64,000 bases of DNA, taken from NCBI RefSeq assembly GCF_006345805.1, contig NC_042998.1:198400001-198464000 (forward strand). The letters are read 5' to 3'. The position numbers were made by a program, and so were the translations under genes. The notes below the pieces were generated by a model. That model did not search any database, was not told the DNA's origin, and saw nothing but the letters and a program-made list of their open reading frames with translations. Shown here piece after piece: positions 12,801-26,100 of the stretch; position 1 is the first letter of the stretch; each line of letters opens with the position of its first letter. Origin of the DNA: Octopus sinensis (lineage: Eukaryota).

Positions 12801-15800
12801 AATATTGAAATCTTACAATGCTTCTGGTTCAAAAATACCAGTAATTTAGGAACCATTTTTACAATCGGTACACTGAACACCCACTTTTCCATATTATACT
12901 CATATCAGATTTGAAAGACCCTTTTCACAATGGGAGTAGTCTTAGACCAGATATATAAAAACATTGCATTCAACAACACATATAGATATCATAAATGACA
13001 TTTGTAAACAAATATGCAAGCTTACAAAATAAAATTGGCAACAGGAAGCACAGAAGCACGTGAATGTAATAATATACGCATACACCCACCATCACTCTCA
13101 TTAACTATCCCACAAATTAGCCATTCCGAGCTAGAACATTTTAACAGTGGGTCTCACAAACACCATCACTGGGAGAGGGTTCAATGCCCTCGGCTCGGCT
13201 GGTGGGTTTTCAGTGAACACAAATTATATCATCACGACTCACACCTTTCCAACCAATCGACCTCGTTTCTGTGTCTTCAACTAATTAACCTCCTTTCTCT
13301 GCTTTTCCACCCTCTCCTATACTCTATTCTAAACACACAACCCCTTATGTATCCCCTCTCCACTCACACACACACATACTCTCACTCTCTCTCTCTCTCT
13401 CTCCACAGACCCTACACCTTACACATCCTTCTACTACTTTCTGTTTATTCTCCTTCCTGAGCCACTCCTATGCCACCCACAGCACTTCACACTGGTATTC
13501 CTCACCACCTGCACCTCCACCTTTGTTCTTCACTCACTACACCAACCTCTACTTCCACCTGTTTATTCCCTCCTTACACTCTTATAAAAGCATCTATTCT
13601 CTCATCCTCTGCCATGAACCACTGTCTTCATCTCTTCTTATGTTAACCTTGTTCCTGATCCTTGAGAGCTTGCTCTAGCACCCTTCACTGTTTTCCTCCC
13701 ATCTCCTTTATAGCAAAACACCTGTACTTGTCCCTCTATCAAACTTCAGCCATTCGACACTGGCAGAAACGTTAGCATGCCGGGCGAAATACTTAGCAGT
13801 ATTTCGTCTGCCGCTATGGTCTGAGTTCAAATTACGCCGAGGTCAACTTTGCCTTTTATCCTTTCGGGGTCGATTAAATAAGTACCAGTTACACATTGGG
13901 GTCAATATAATCGGCTTAATCCATCTGTCTGTCCTTGTTTGTCCTCTCTGTGTTTAGCCCCTTGTGGGTAGTAAAAGAAATAGGTATTTTGTCTGCCGCT
14001 ACATTCTGAGTTCAAATTCCGCCATGGTTGTCTTTGACTTTCATCCTTTCGGGGTTGATTAAATAAGTACCAGTTACGCACTGGGGTTGATATAATCAAC
14101 TTAATCCGTTTGTCTGTCCTTGTTTGTCCTCTCTGTGTTTGGCCCCTTGTGGGTAGTAAAGAAATAGGTATAAAGCCAATCATCTCCCCCTCCTTCTCCT
14201 CTGTTCAATTCTGTCTTGCAAATTACACGGCAACTTCATTAGTGCTGGTGCCACAAGAAAAGCACCCAGTGCACTCTGCAAAGATGACATTGGGGCTCAT
14301 CACAACCCTGCAGTTCACTGGTTACTCATCGAATCACCCCTACCTGTGCCAGCATGGAAAGCAGACCTTAAATGATGATGATGATGAATTCAGTTTCTTA
14401 GATACTCCACGCCAACACATACACAAACAGAGCCTGCAACTCTACTCTTCCTCAGACATTACGTCTGCTTCACACATCCAACTATTACAACTACTGGCAA
14501 ACAATCCCCCATTTTTTTTCTTACACTATTATACACCGATTATCACCACAACATATTTGCACATAAGGAAGAAAGCGAAAACACTTTTATGAATGTCAAA
14601 AAAAAAAAAAAAAAATCATTATGGGACAAGTTCTACTAAGAAACAGAATCAGAAATCACCAGCATGGACAGGGCAGTACATATTATTCAATGAAATAATT
14701 ATACACACATCTAAAGAAAAAAAAAATCTTACAATGTAATAGGAAAAAATACAACCTTAAAATTACACACATACTACAAATAGCTATCACACACGAAAAA
14801 AAAGTACAATAATCAGAATTACACAAATGGAAAAGGAAATGTAAAAAAAAAACCCATAAAACTAGTAGTTGAACACTATACAGAGTAATTAGAAGTATTA
14901 GCATTAACAAGTCACACCACACCCATAACACAATAACACATACATTCGCATACACAAAACATACATACACACACATACACATACACATACATACATACAT
15001 GCTGTAACACTAAGTAGACAACAAACATTTCTCAAAAAATCAGCCACTAAAATAACGCACAGCGATTAAAAAAAAAAGGAACGTACACACACATACAAAA
15101 AAAAATACATACACAGCTTCACTCATTGTCACCCCCTCAAGCCCAATCTCTAACCATTTCTCGCTCTCCTCCCGTACTCTTATGGAATTACCCACTCTTT
15201 CCTTCCCTCCTGATCCAGTCCACGGTCTCCTTTAAACGTACCTTCTTGTACCTTGAGAGTATGCTCTAGCACCTCATCATCATCATCATCATTGTTCGAC
15301 CGTGGTTGAGACAATGGAATTTACTATGTTACGCCAGACTTCACGGTCCATCATAGCATTACGGAGGTCCTGTTGCTTGATGCCTGTATCCACCAGCACA
15401 GGTATCACAACTACAATTTCCATTAGATATTTATTTTGATGTTGATGTACTTGACTCAATAGGTCTCCTCAAGCACAGCAGGTCATGTGCCACCAGCACA
15501 GAAGCCAGTCAAGGCGGCGCTGGCTTCGGCCACGTGCGGCTGGTGCATTTTACGTGCCGCCGGCATGATATTAAATCAAGATGATGATTTCGTCTACACC
15601 ACATTTCTGACTCCTCTTTTCAATTGATAACCATCTGTTGTGCTCTAATTGCCCCACCCCCACTAGAGGAGCCACTAAAATCTAGGGATGTACAAGAATA
15701 GATTAGGCAGGACAGTGGAGAAAACCTGTCTGGATTGTGGTGCTGCATCCTAGCTGGCTAGACGGTGACATGGTAAAACTGGGAAGATAAATGTGGGTCA

Positions 15801-16952
15801 TGCCTCACTATTTAATCAGTGCCACAAGACAACTTGATCAGGAGTGAGTAAGGTGACACAACACCAGTAACACCATAGCTAATAGCATCATTGATAACAC
15901 CACTACCTATTTCTTTATTACCCACAAGGGGTTAATCACAGAGGGGATAAACAAGGACAAACAAATGGATTATAAGTCAATTATATCGACCCCAGTGTGT
16001 AACTGGTACTTATTTAATTGACTCCAAAAGGATGAAAGGCAAAGTCGACCTCAGCGGAATTTGAACTCAGAACGTAGCGGCAGACGAAATACCTATTTCT
16101 TTATTACCCACAGGGGGCTAAACATAGAGGGGACAGACAAAGGTATTAAGTCGATTACATCGACCCCAGTGCGTAACTGGTACTTAATTTATCGACCCCG
16201 AAAGGTTGAACTCACAACGTAACGGCAGACGAAATACCGCTAAGCATTTCGCCCGGCGTTATAACGTTTCTGCCACTTCGCCGCCTTCGACACCACTACC
16301 ATCACCAGCTAACTTCTACATAGACATTCGATCAACTAATAAACAGCAGCAAAATCTTCAAATCACAGCCATCCATGTTAAAAAAAGGGCATGGTGAAGA
16401 ATGTAATCCAACATGTAACATGTAGTATACCTTAACATGGGATGATCATGGATGAAAGCCTTTGATCCTAAATTTTGGCACTAAACATGACTAACACCAT
16501 TGATACAAATAGTACCATTACATTGATAATAACACCATCACCACCACCACTGATACCAAAGACAACACCACTATTATGATAACACCATTATTAATGATAA
16601 CAACACTGATAACAATAACAGAACTACTGCCACCACCACCACCACTACCAATACAGATAACAATTACATCACAATGAACATCAATAACTCTCCACCACCA
16701 CCACTAACATCAATGACAACAATAGTGACACCACTGATGACAACACCACCACCACCAACCCTACTGGTACCAACACACCAGCACCACTGATCCAAGTACA
16801 TAGGTGAGTGGGAAACGACCCATGTGTCTACAGTGGATACACTTACTAGTCCGTGTGAACATTTTTCCCAGAGAGAATCACTGCATTATTTTGGTGCACT
16901 TAACAGAATTTCCTGGAAAAAGATAATAGCAGCACCACTAATAAAAACAGGT

Positions 16953-16983
<31 letters not shown>

Positions 16984-19900
16984 CACTTTGTGTACTCCCA
17001 TAACACACAAATATCTACTCAAGCAAAAGCGTAACAAGGGAAACAACCGCACCAATTCTATCGGTTAAACCAACACCACCAACACAATCAGCATCACTAT
17101 AGGTAACAACCACCAATAACATGACCACCACTGCCAATACCAACACCAAAGCATAATACAAAAAAAAAAAAAAAACACCAACACAACACAATCAATTTAA
17201 GACAAAGTGTGCTACTGGCTAATGAAAAGAGAGAAAAGCCCAAACCCAGTCACAAAGGTGATTGAGAGAGGGCCCGTGAAGAGACAAAAAGCCCAAGCCG
17301 AAGCACATAGGTGGGTGAGAAAGGACCCATGTGTCTACAGTGGATGATACACTTACTAGTCCGTGTGAACATTTCCCAGGGAGCATCACTGCATTATTTC
17401 GGCGCACATGCAGAAACTCCTAGAAAAAGATAGTTTATAAAGAAGTGATAAAGACAGGTTTACATGCACCCATGCACCCATGCACCCACACACACACACA
17501 CATATATATATTATGTACACTCACATAACACATGTATAATATTTACACAAAAAACAAACAAAAAACATAACAAAGGAAACATTTATTTGCATGGATTTTT
17601 TCTTCATGAATGAATGAATGAAAAAAAAGAAATAAAAAGAAACATACATGTGTAAACTGATAAATATATAATACAATATCTTAATTAGCATTTTGCAATC
17701 AACATTTTCATATATAATTTTTTAAAAGTCTACCAAAACTGAAATAATTTAGAGATGCCATCAACGTGGAAAACAAGTGGTAAGTTAGTTAGTTAGTTAG
17801 TTAGTTAATTTTTTGGCTCAAAAAGCAAAAAGCAAGGCCATGTAGGGGGGACATGGAGTTATGTACGGGGTGGTGTTCATGTAAAGAGTTCAGGCCACTT
17901 GAGGTCAAGGGAGACTTTGAACCGAACGGTCGTCGGCATCTTCACCATCTCGTCTGGAAGCTTATTCCACGGATCCACAACCCGGACGGAGAAAGCCCCT
18001 CTCCTTCGATTGAGATGAAATCGTCGCAGATAGAGCTTTTCGGAATGACCCCGCAGCCGACGCTCTGGAGCAGGAGTGAAGAACAGCTCTTTCGAGAGGT
18101 TAGTGTTGACATATTTAATGCATAAAGCATTAAAAATATAATTAGAAATAAATAAAGTGACAAGAAATAGTTAAAAATCATTCAATGATAATATTTCCTT
18201 TCTTTCAGTAATTATGATAAATAACTGTATAATTCAATCTTAATTTAAGCTAATTAGCAAAGCCTAGCCTTTCCATACAAGTTATACATTGTTAACATAG
18301 TAAACAAATGTATTTCATTATAACAACAAAGATTTGTACATTTACTCAATGTTTCATTCATCACTAATTTGGCAAGTACAGAAAGACTACACTTAGCTAA
18401 AGAGGTTCAAATAAGACTGAAACAATGTCTAAATTTATCTCCCCATTTACCAGGAAAATGAAAATAATATTTGTTTCTACTCTAGGTACAATGCCTGAAA
18501 TTTTTGGGGAGTGGGATCAGTCAATTAGATTGACCCTAGTATGCAACTGGTACTTAATTTATCAACCCCAAAAGGATGAAAGGTAAAGTCGACCTCAGCA
18601 GAATTTGAATTCAGAATGTAAAGACAGATGAAATACCACTAAGCATTTCGCTCAGCATGCTAACGTTTCTGCCAGCTCGCTGCCTTAAATGAAGATAATA
18701 TTAGCTATTTATATATTTTTCCTCTTCACATATTTCAAGAATGATTGTGTGATATTACACATATTAAATATACTGGTTTCAAATTTTAGCACAAGGCCAG
18801 CAACCTCTGGAGAGTGGGTAAGTCAATTACATTGAGCCCAGTACTCAACTGATACTTATTTTATCGACTCATGAAAGGATGAAAGATAAAGTTGATCTCA
18901 GCGGAATTTTAAACTCACAACACAAAGATGGACAAAATGCCACTATGCATTTTATCCGGTCTACTTACAATTCGGCCAGCTTGGTGCCTTACACATGTTG
19001 AATATATTAACACTAATTTAACTACCTGTCTGTATCACCACATATACATTTCGATTATTCAGTTAGATTATTTGGTCATCTATGTATTAAATATCATCAT
19101 CATCATCGTTTAATGTCCACTTTCCATGCTAGCATGGGTTGGACGATTTTGACTGAGGGCTGGCAAACCAGATGGCTGCACCAGGCTCCAATCTTGATCT
19201 GGCAGAGTTTCTACAGCTGGATGCCCTTCCTAACGCCAACCACTCTGAGAGTGTAGTGGGTGCTTTTACGTGCCACTGGCACGGGGCCAGTCAGGCAGTA
19301 CTGGCAACGACCTCACTCGAATCCTTTACACGTGCCACCGGCACAGGTGCCAGTAAGGTGACGTTGGTAACGATCACGGTCGGATGGTGCTCTTAGCACC
19401 CTACTAGCATGGGGTTCAAGTGCCAGTAAGGTGATGCTGCTAATGATCATGCTCAAATGGTGTCTTTTACGTGCCACCGGCACGGAGGCCAGATAGCCAC
19501 TCTGGCAACGATCATGCTTGGATGGTGCTCTTGGTACCGTACTAGCACGGGGCTCAAGAGTCAGTAAGGTGACGCTGGTAACGATCATCTATGTATTAAA
19601 TTTGTAATCACTAAATCATCAAAATCGGAACCCTGATCTTTCATTACTAACAAATGCATGTTACAACGACCACATACAAAATAGAATTAGTCTGATCCTT
19701 TTACCTGTGTAAATAAAATCTACTGCAGCTATAGAAAACAGAACTTTGTTACTCCTATTCCTGTTTGTCTACAGAAAGTAATAAGCAGAGGGGACACCAC
19801 CAAAAGAAAAGCCATTAGAAAACCGATTATAGCAGCGACTCCATCTAAGAATATCTGAAGAAGGAATTGTATTCCGAAATATCATATCAGACTATGAATG

Positions 19901-20136
19901 ACTAAATTACAACAGGTATATAGCCCATTGTTTGTATTATAGTGCATTGTTGTACCATTCAAATCTTTTCGTTCTTTACAAACAATACACAGTGCTTCAA
20001 GCAAACTACAATACTCTCCTTATATTCTTAATTCACCCTGCATATTGTGCCAGCAATCCAATACTTTACCTCACAAATTATACCCACAATCCCATACTAA
20101 TCTATCTGACATAATGTGACCTTCTATAAAGCTGCA

Positions 20137-20179
<43 letters not shown>

Positions 20180-23100
20180 TTATTGTATACAGTGCTCAGG
20201 TGCACCACAACTTGTCAAAAGTGCGTATAAAGCATATGCAGTAATGTACAAATGTCTGGAAAGTGAACAGTGTATGAGTCAGATACATGCTTGCGTGTGT
20301 GTGTGTGTATGGAGGGGAGAAAATCTGGTGTAGTGTTGGCGAATCTCAGGAAGCATGGAAGTTTTGAAGGATATAAAACATCTTTCAAGTTTACTGGTCA
20401 AAAACATCCACAACTGTTTGTATATTTGTTAATGTCATCTAAATACTGAGAAAAGAGCTACAGTGTTTAGAAACTTACATAATTGATTTTATTTAACCCT
20501 TTCATTACCGGCCTGGCCAAAACCGGCTCTGGCTCTGTAGTACAAATGTCTTGTTTTCATAAGTTTTCCATTAAAATCTTCCACCAAACCTTAGTCACAA
20601 TTTATGTTCCTAACATTAGCTGAATGATAACTAAGTTATTTTACTAAATTCTTTGTTATATTTAAAATAATTGAAAGAAACACAGAGCATCTCAAAATAA
20701 ATACAGTAACAAAAGGGTTAAATATTGTTAGTGGCAGAATTATTGTATAGAAGAGAATGTAGAGGATTTTTGTGTACAGTAATGGTCAGAAATATGTAGG
20801 CCTCTGAAGTGCTCTTTGTGAGTCTAGGAACTTTTCTAAAGACAAAATCTTCAAATTTCATGAATTTATGGGCTGTTGATAACTTTTAGACAGTGTTTTG
20901 CAACACAATTTGTTTAACATTTGTTTACAATAAGCATTACCAGTGGTGGATATGAGGGCATATTCTTATCATCGTTCATCATCGTTTTAACGTCTGCTTT
21001 CCATGCTAGCATGGGTTGGACGATTTTGACTGAGGGCTGGCGAACCAGATGGCTGCACCAGGCTCCAATCTTGATCTGGCAGAGTTTCTACAGCTGGATG
21101 CCCTTCCTAACGCCAACCACTCCGAGAGTGTAGCGGGTGCTTTTTACGTGTATGATATTTTGATGTGAGCCACACGTTAAAGTAAAAAGCCAAAAGCTAA
21201 CCATTATAAAAAAAGTTGCTGTAGAATATTACATAGGTCTTATTGGTTGGTGTCATTTAAATATTGATAGCGTGGGGGCGTTAGAAACAAAGATGAAGAA
21301 GGTTAGTGTATATAGAATACAATGTAGCTCTTATTGGTCGATACAGTATTATGGTTTGGTTTACTTGTTGTTTACATATTACAATCCAGAATAATTCCAT
21401 ATTTGATTATGTTGACATAATATTCATTGCTAGGTGTCTCTCTCACTCTATCAATCTCTTACACACACACACATGCAGAGTTTTAAGTGGCTAGTTAGTG
21501 AACTGGCAGTAATTCACGGTTTAATGTCGAGTTGAAAATGTTCATGTGTAAAAATAAATATATAAAAATTTATAAAACTCAATGAAAAAAAAACAAAAAA
21601 AAACGGAGGAGTCTGAAAAATTCCAGAAATTGGTTTGCTGAACTAGAAATTTGTGATAAATGTCTAAAATAGTTGTAATGTTGTTTGGTAATGTATCTGT
21701 AGCGTCGCTGGACAGGAAATGATGTCTGCTAGAATGATACACACTTGAGAGTCAGCAGTTAGTTTCCTATGACACACACACACTCACACATTTCCTAATC
21801 TGGTATAAACTAAAAGCACTCTTGTAGAATATAACTCACGCACTTGTAAGCTAACATCATGACCTTATATACTGACATCATGACCATTCACACTCTAACC
21901 CACCCCACAATGTCTACCAAACTGATTGGCTGCAGCCACAATTGGCAGATCAATTTCACAAAAAGAAATAGGAGTGGCTGTGTGGTAAGTAGCTTGCTAA
22001 CCAACCACATGGTTGCAGGTTCAGTCCCACTGCGTGACATCTTGGGCAAGTGTCTTCTGCTATAGCCCCGGGCCGACCAATGCCTTGTGAGTGGATTTGG
22101 TAGACGGAAACTGAAAGAAGCCTGTCGTATATATGTATATATATGTATATATGTGTGTGTGTTTGTGTGTCTGTGTTTGTCCCTCTAGCATTGCTTGACA
22201 ACCGATGCTGGTGTGTTTACGTCCCCATAACTTAGTAGTTAGGCAAAAGAGACCGATAGAATAAGTACTGGGCTTACAAAGAATAAGTCCCGGGGTCGAT
22301 TTGCTCGACTAAAGGCGGTGCTCCAGCATGGCCACAGTCAAATGACTGAAACAAGTAAAAGAGTAAAAGAGAGAGTATTTGCGAAAGTAGTAGATTGTAT
22401 TCACAAAGTGGGGCAAAACGGGAATTTTTGTAGAAAACTAAAAACTACATAATGATTACCTGAAGGTCAATTTTGAAATTACAAGCTGTCCCAATTAAAC
22501 ACACGGTAGTAACAGCATGTCCGAAAAGCAGTCTAATCTGTATGTTGTGGCCCAATCTGGTAACCCTTGCTGTGCCACCTTGCTAGACCCCCAACTGATC
22601 ACTTTATCAGACGTTAAAACCGTAATGAAGAACCTGTATTTTAACCCCCACCTCTTTCTCCCTCTCCCTCTCTCTCTCATACATAAATACAAAATAGATA
22701 TTCAAAGCTGAGTCCAAGATATACAACCCTGAGTTTCATCTGTTCAGGTGCAAAAAAGGATCACAAATGAAAAACACCAAGTAACAACTTACACTTTCAA
22801 CTTAGAATATTCAATCTTAAATATTATTTGAATATTCAATCATCATCATCGTTTAATGTCTGCTTTCCATGCTAGCATGGGTTGGACGGTTCAACTGGGG
22901 TCTGGGAAGCCAGGAGGCAGCACCAGGCTCCAGTCTGATCTGGCAGTGTTCCTACAGCTGGATGCCCTTTCTAATGCCAACAACTCCCTGAGTGTAGTGG
23001 GTGCTTTTTACATGCCACCGGCACAGGTGCCAGGGGAGGCTGGCAGCAGCCACGATCAGTTGGAGCTTTTTACGTGCCACCAGCACAGAAGCCAGTCAAG

Positions 23101-26100
23101 ACAGGAATACTCAGTTTTAAATATTATTCCACTTCACCTAACAGTATTGAGTACTTTCTTCCCCTTTTTTGCAACCAAATTCGACCTTTTCTCTGTCTGT
23201 CTGTCTGCATCACAGCTGTATTTGTTTGACAATCTAACTTGAAATATGTTGAAAGCATGAAAGTAGTATTCATGCATCTTGAGAAGAGACCCATTAGCCA
23301 TTTCAAAACACAAATATATCGTTATATATCACTTTTACTTATTTTTTTGTAATTCAATTAATTAAAATAATTTTATCGGACATCCACAACCACGTCACTG
23401 ATATTAATTAAACTGTGCGTGCATATGCACTCCCGTACTCTTTCTCCCTCTCTCACTCAAACACACCTGTAGTCATCATCATCATCATCACCATTGTCAT
23501 TTAACTCTCCAATTCATACCAGTGCTGGCATGGCTTGGACAGTTCAACAAGACCCGATGAGCCACAGGACTGCATATAGTGCCAAATGTCTGCTGGATGC
23601 TCTTTTTTTCATGGTAGCAGCACTAATAAGGTCACCAAGTAAATCCAAACAAGACCTTTTGACAGAGTTGGGGTTGCAGTATTGAGGTGGGTGGTGGTCT
23701 TTGAGCCAGGTGCTGAGAGGCTAAAGCATGCCAGTGGCATGTAAAAAGCACCACCTGTATGTGGTCGATGCCAGCGCCGCCTTGACTGGCGTCCGTGCCG
23801 GTGGCACGTAAAAAGCACCAACCGATCGTGGCCATTGCCAGCCCCGTCTGGCACCTGTGTCGGTGGCACATCAAAAGCACCCACTACACTCACGGAGTGG
23901 TTGGCGTTAGGAAGGGCATCCAGCTGTAGAAACACTGCCAGGTCTGACTGGAACCTGGTGCAGCCTCCTGGCTTCCCAGACCCCGGTTGAACCGTCCAAC
24001 CCATGCTAGCATGGAAAACGGACTATTTAACACTATTGGATAGACCAATTTACATATTAAACATGTTCCTGGCAATTGGTATGTACAGCTTTGTCTGGCA
24101 CCTGTGCTGGTGGCACGTAAAAAGCACCCACTACACTCACGGAGTGGTTGGCGTTAGGAAGGGCATCCAGCTGTAGAAACACTGCCAAATCTGACTGGGC
24201 CTGATGAAGCCTCCCGGCTTCACAGACCCCAGTTAAACCGTCCAACCCATGCTAGCATGGAAAGCGGACGCTAAATGATGATGATGATGATATTAATTGC
24301 TGGTAGGGACACTGTATTTTGGTTTGCAACCATAATATGCTACCATTATTATGATAATTTAATGTCCAATGTCCATGGCTCAGACGGTTTGGCCAGAACT
24401 GGCAAGCTGGGGGGCTGCTCCAGACTCCAGTTTGATTTGGCATGGTTTCTTACGGTTGGATGCCCTTCCCAACACCAATCACTTCACAGAGGATGCTGGA
24501 TGCTTTTATGTTATCCCTGCAGATTTCCCATGGAATTTAGAGCCAGCACTGACAGTTATGACTGTTTTATATATGAATACATCCATGTCAACAATGCAAT
24601 GAAAGATAGAAAATCTGTAGAAGCAACTTAAACGATATTCATCATCATCGTTTAACGTCTGCTTTCCATGCCAGCATGGGTTGGACGATTTGACTGAGGT
24701 CTGGCGAACCAGACTCCAATCTGATCTGGCAGAGTTTCTACAGCTGGATGCCCTTCCTAATGCCAACCACTCCGAGAGTGTAGTGGGTGCTTTTACGTGC
24801 CACCGGCTCGAGGGCCAGTCAGGTGGTACTGGCAACGGCCATGCTGAAATGGTGCTTTTTATGTACCACCTACACAGGAGCCAGTCCAGCGGCACTGGCA
24901 ATGACCTCGCTCAGTAGACACAAATACATCTGTGAAGTTAAGAAGTTCATTTTACAACAATAAGGTCTTAGGTTCAGTTCTGCTGTGTAGTACCTTGTGG
25001 CAAGTGCCTTCTACTACTGTCATGGACTGCCTTACAAATGAAATTCGCAGACAGAAACTATATGTATTTAAGTGTATAACTGCATATGTGTGAGCATGAA
25101 AATTGTGAAAGTTGTCATTTTCACTTCTAGGCAGGAGATCTCTGATTGCAAAAAAAAAAAAAAAAGAGTTATGTTTACATTCCTGGTGAACATCATATCC
25201 TGTAGCTCTGCATTCTTGAAGCAGTGGAATAAAAATACCCTTGCTTATAAAACAGTACAGAGTTAGCAGCAGGAAGAATATTCAACTATAAAAAATACTT
25301 CCTCAAATAAGTACCTGTCCAACCTATAATGGTATAGAAGAATTTGAAATGTAAAAACAGATGTAAAACACAGAAAGACATGTGAATGATGTGACACATC
25401 TTAGTCACAACAGCCGTAACAGCACTTGTGGGAGATGCTGTTACACAGGTGATGATGATGATACAAAGAGCAGAATGTTTAGTGGAGTTTTATATCATCA
25501 TATAATGTTCGATTTTCCATTTCTACATGGGTCAAACTATACACACATATGTGTGTGTATATCATCATCATCATCATTTAACGTCTGCTTTCCATGCTAG
25601 CATGGGTTGGACGATTTGACTGAGGACTGGCGAACCAGGCTCCAATCTGATCTGGTAGAGTTTCTACAGCTGGATGCCCTTCCTAACGCCAGCCACCCCA
25701 AGAGTGTAGTGGGTGCTTTTACGTGCCACCGGCATGAGGGCCAGTTTGGTGGTACTGGCAACGGCCACGCCCAAATGGTGCTTTTTACGTGCCACCTGCA
25801 CAGGAGCCAGTCCAGCAGCACTGGCGACGACCTCAAATATAAAATCATTTTTTTTAGTTGATTTTTTTCTTCCAGTGTAAAAATGGGTGCCTCATAAAAA
25901 GCACCCAGTGCAGTCAGTAAAGTGTTTGCCATTAGGAAGGGTACCCAACAGTAGAAACCATGCCAGAGCAGACAGTAGAGGTTGATAAAGTTCTCTGGCT
26001 CACCAACAGCTCCTGACAAACAGTGCAACCTATGCCAGCATGGAAGACAGACATTAAATGATGATGATGATGACGACAAAAACCATGTCTCAAACGACTG

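Noticed and set aside
19172-19588. Regularly spaced ~55-60-bp repeats resembling a CRISPR array
   Set aside because: The units are degenerate tandem repeats without unique spacers, inside a eukaryotic retroelement 3' UTR; no cas genes.
19705-19854. Exon-like block with a hydrophobic reading ([20 protein letters not shown]...)
   Set aside because: Stops occur in all frames before the good donor; no FNIP similarity; FNIP has no transmembrane segment.
22460-22633. GC-richer block with a good minus-strand donor (CAG|gtaatc)
   Set aside because: No polypyrimidine acceptor in the open frame; the other frames have stops.
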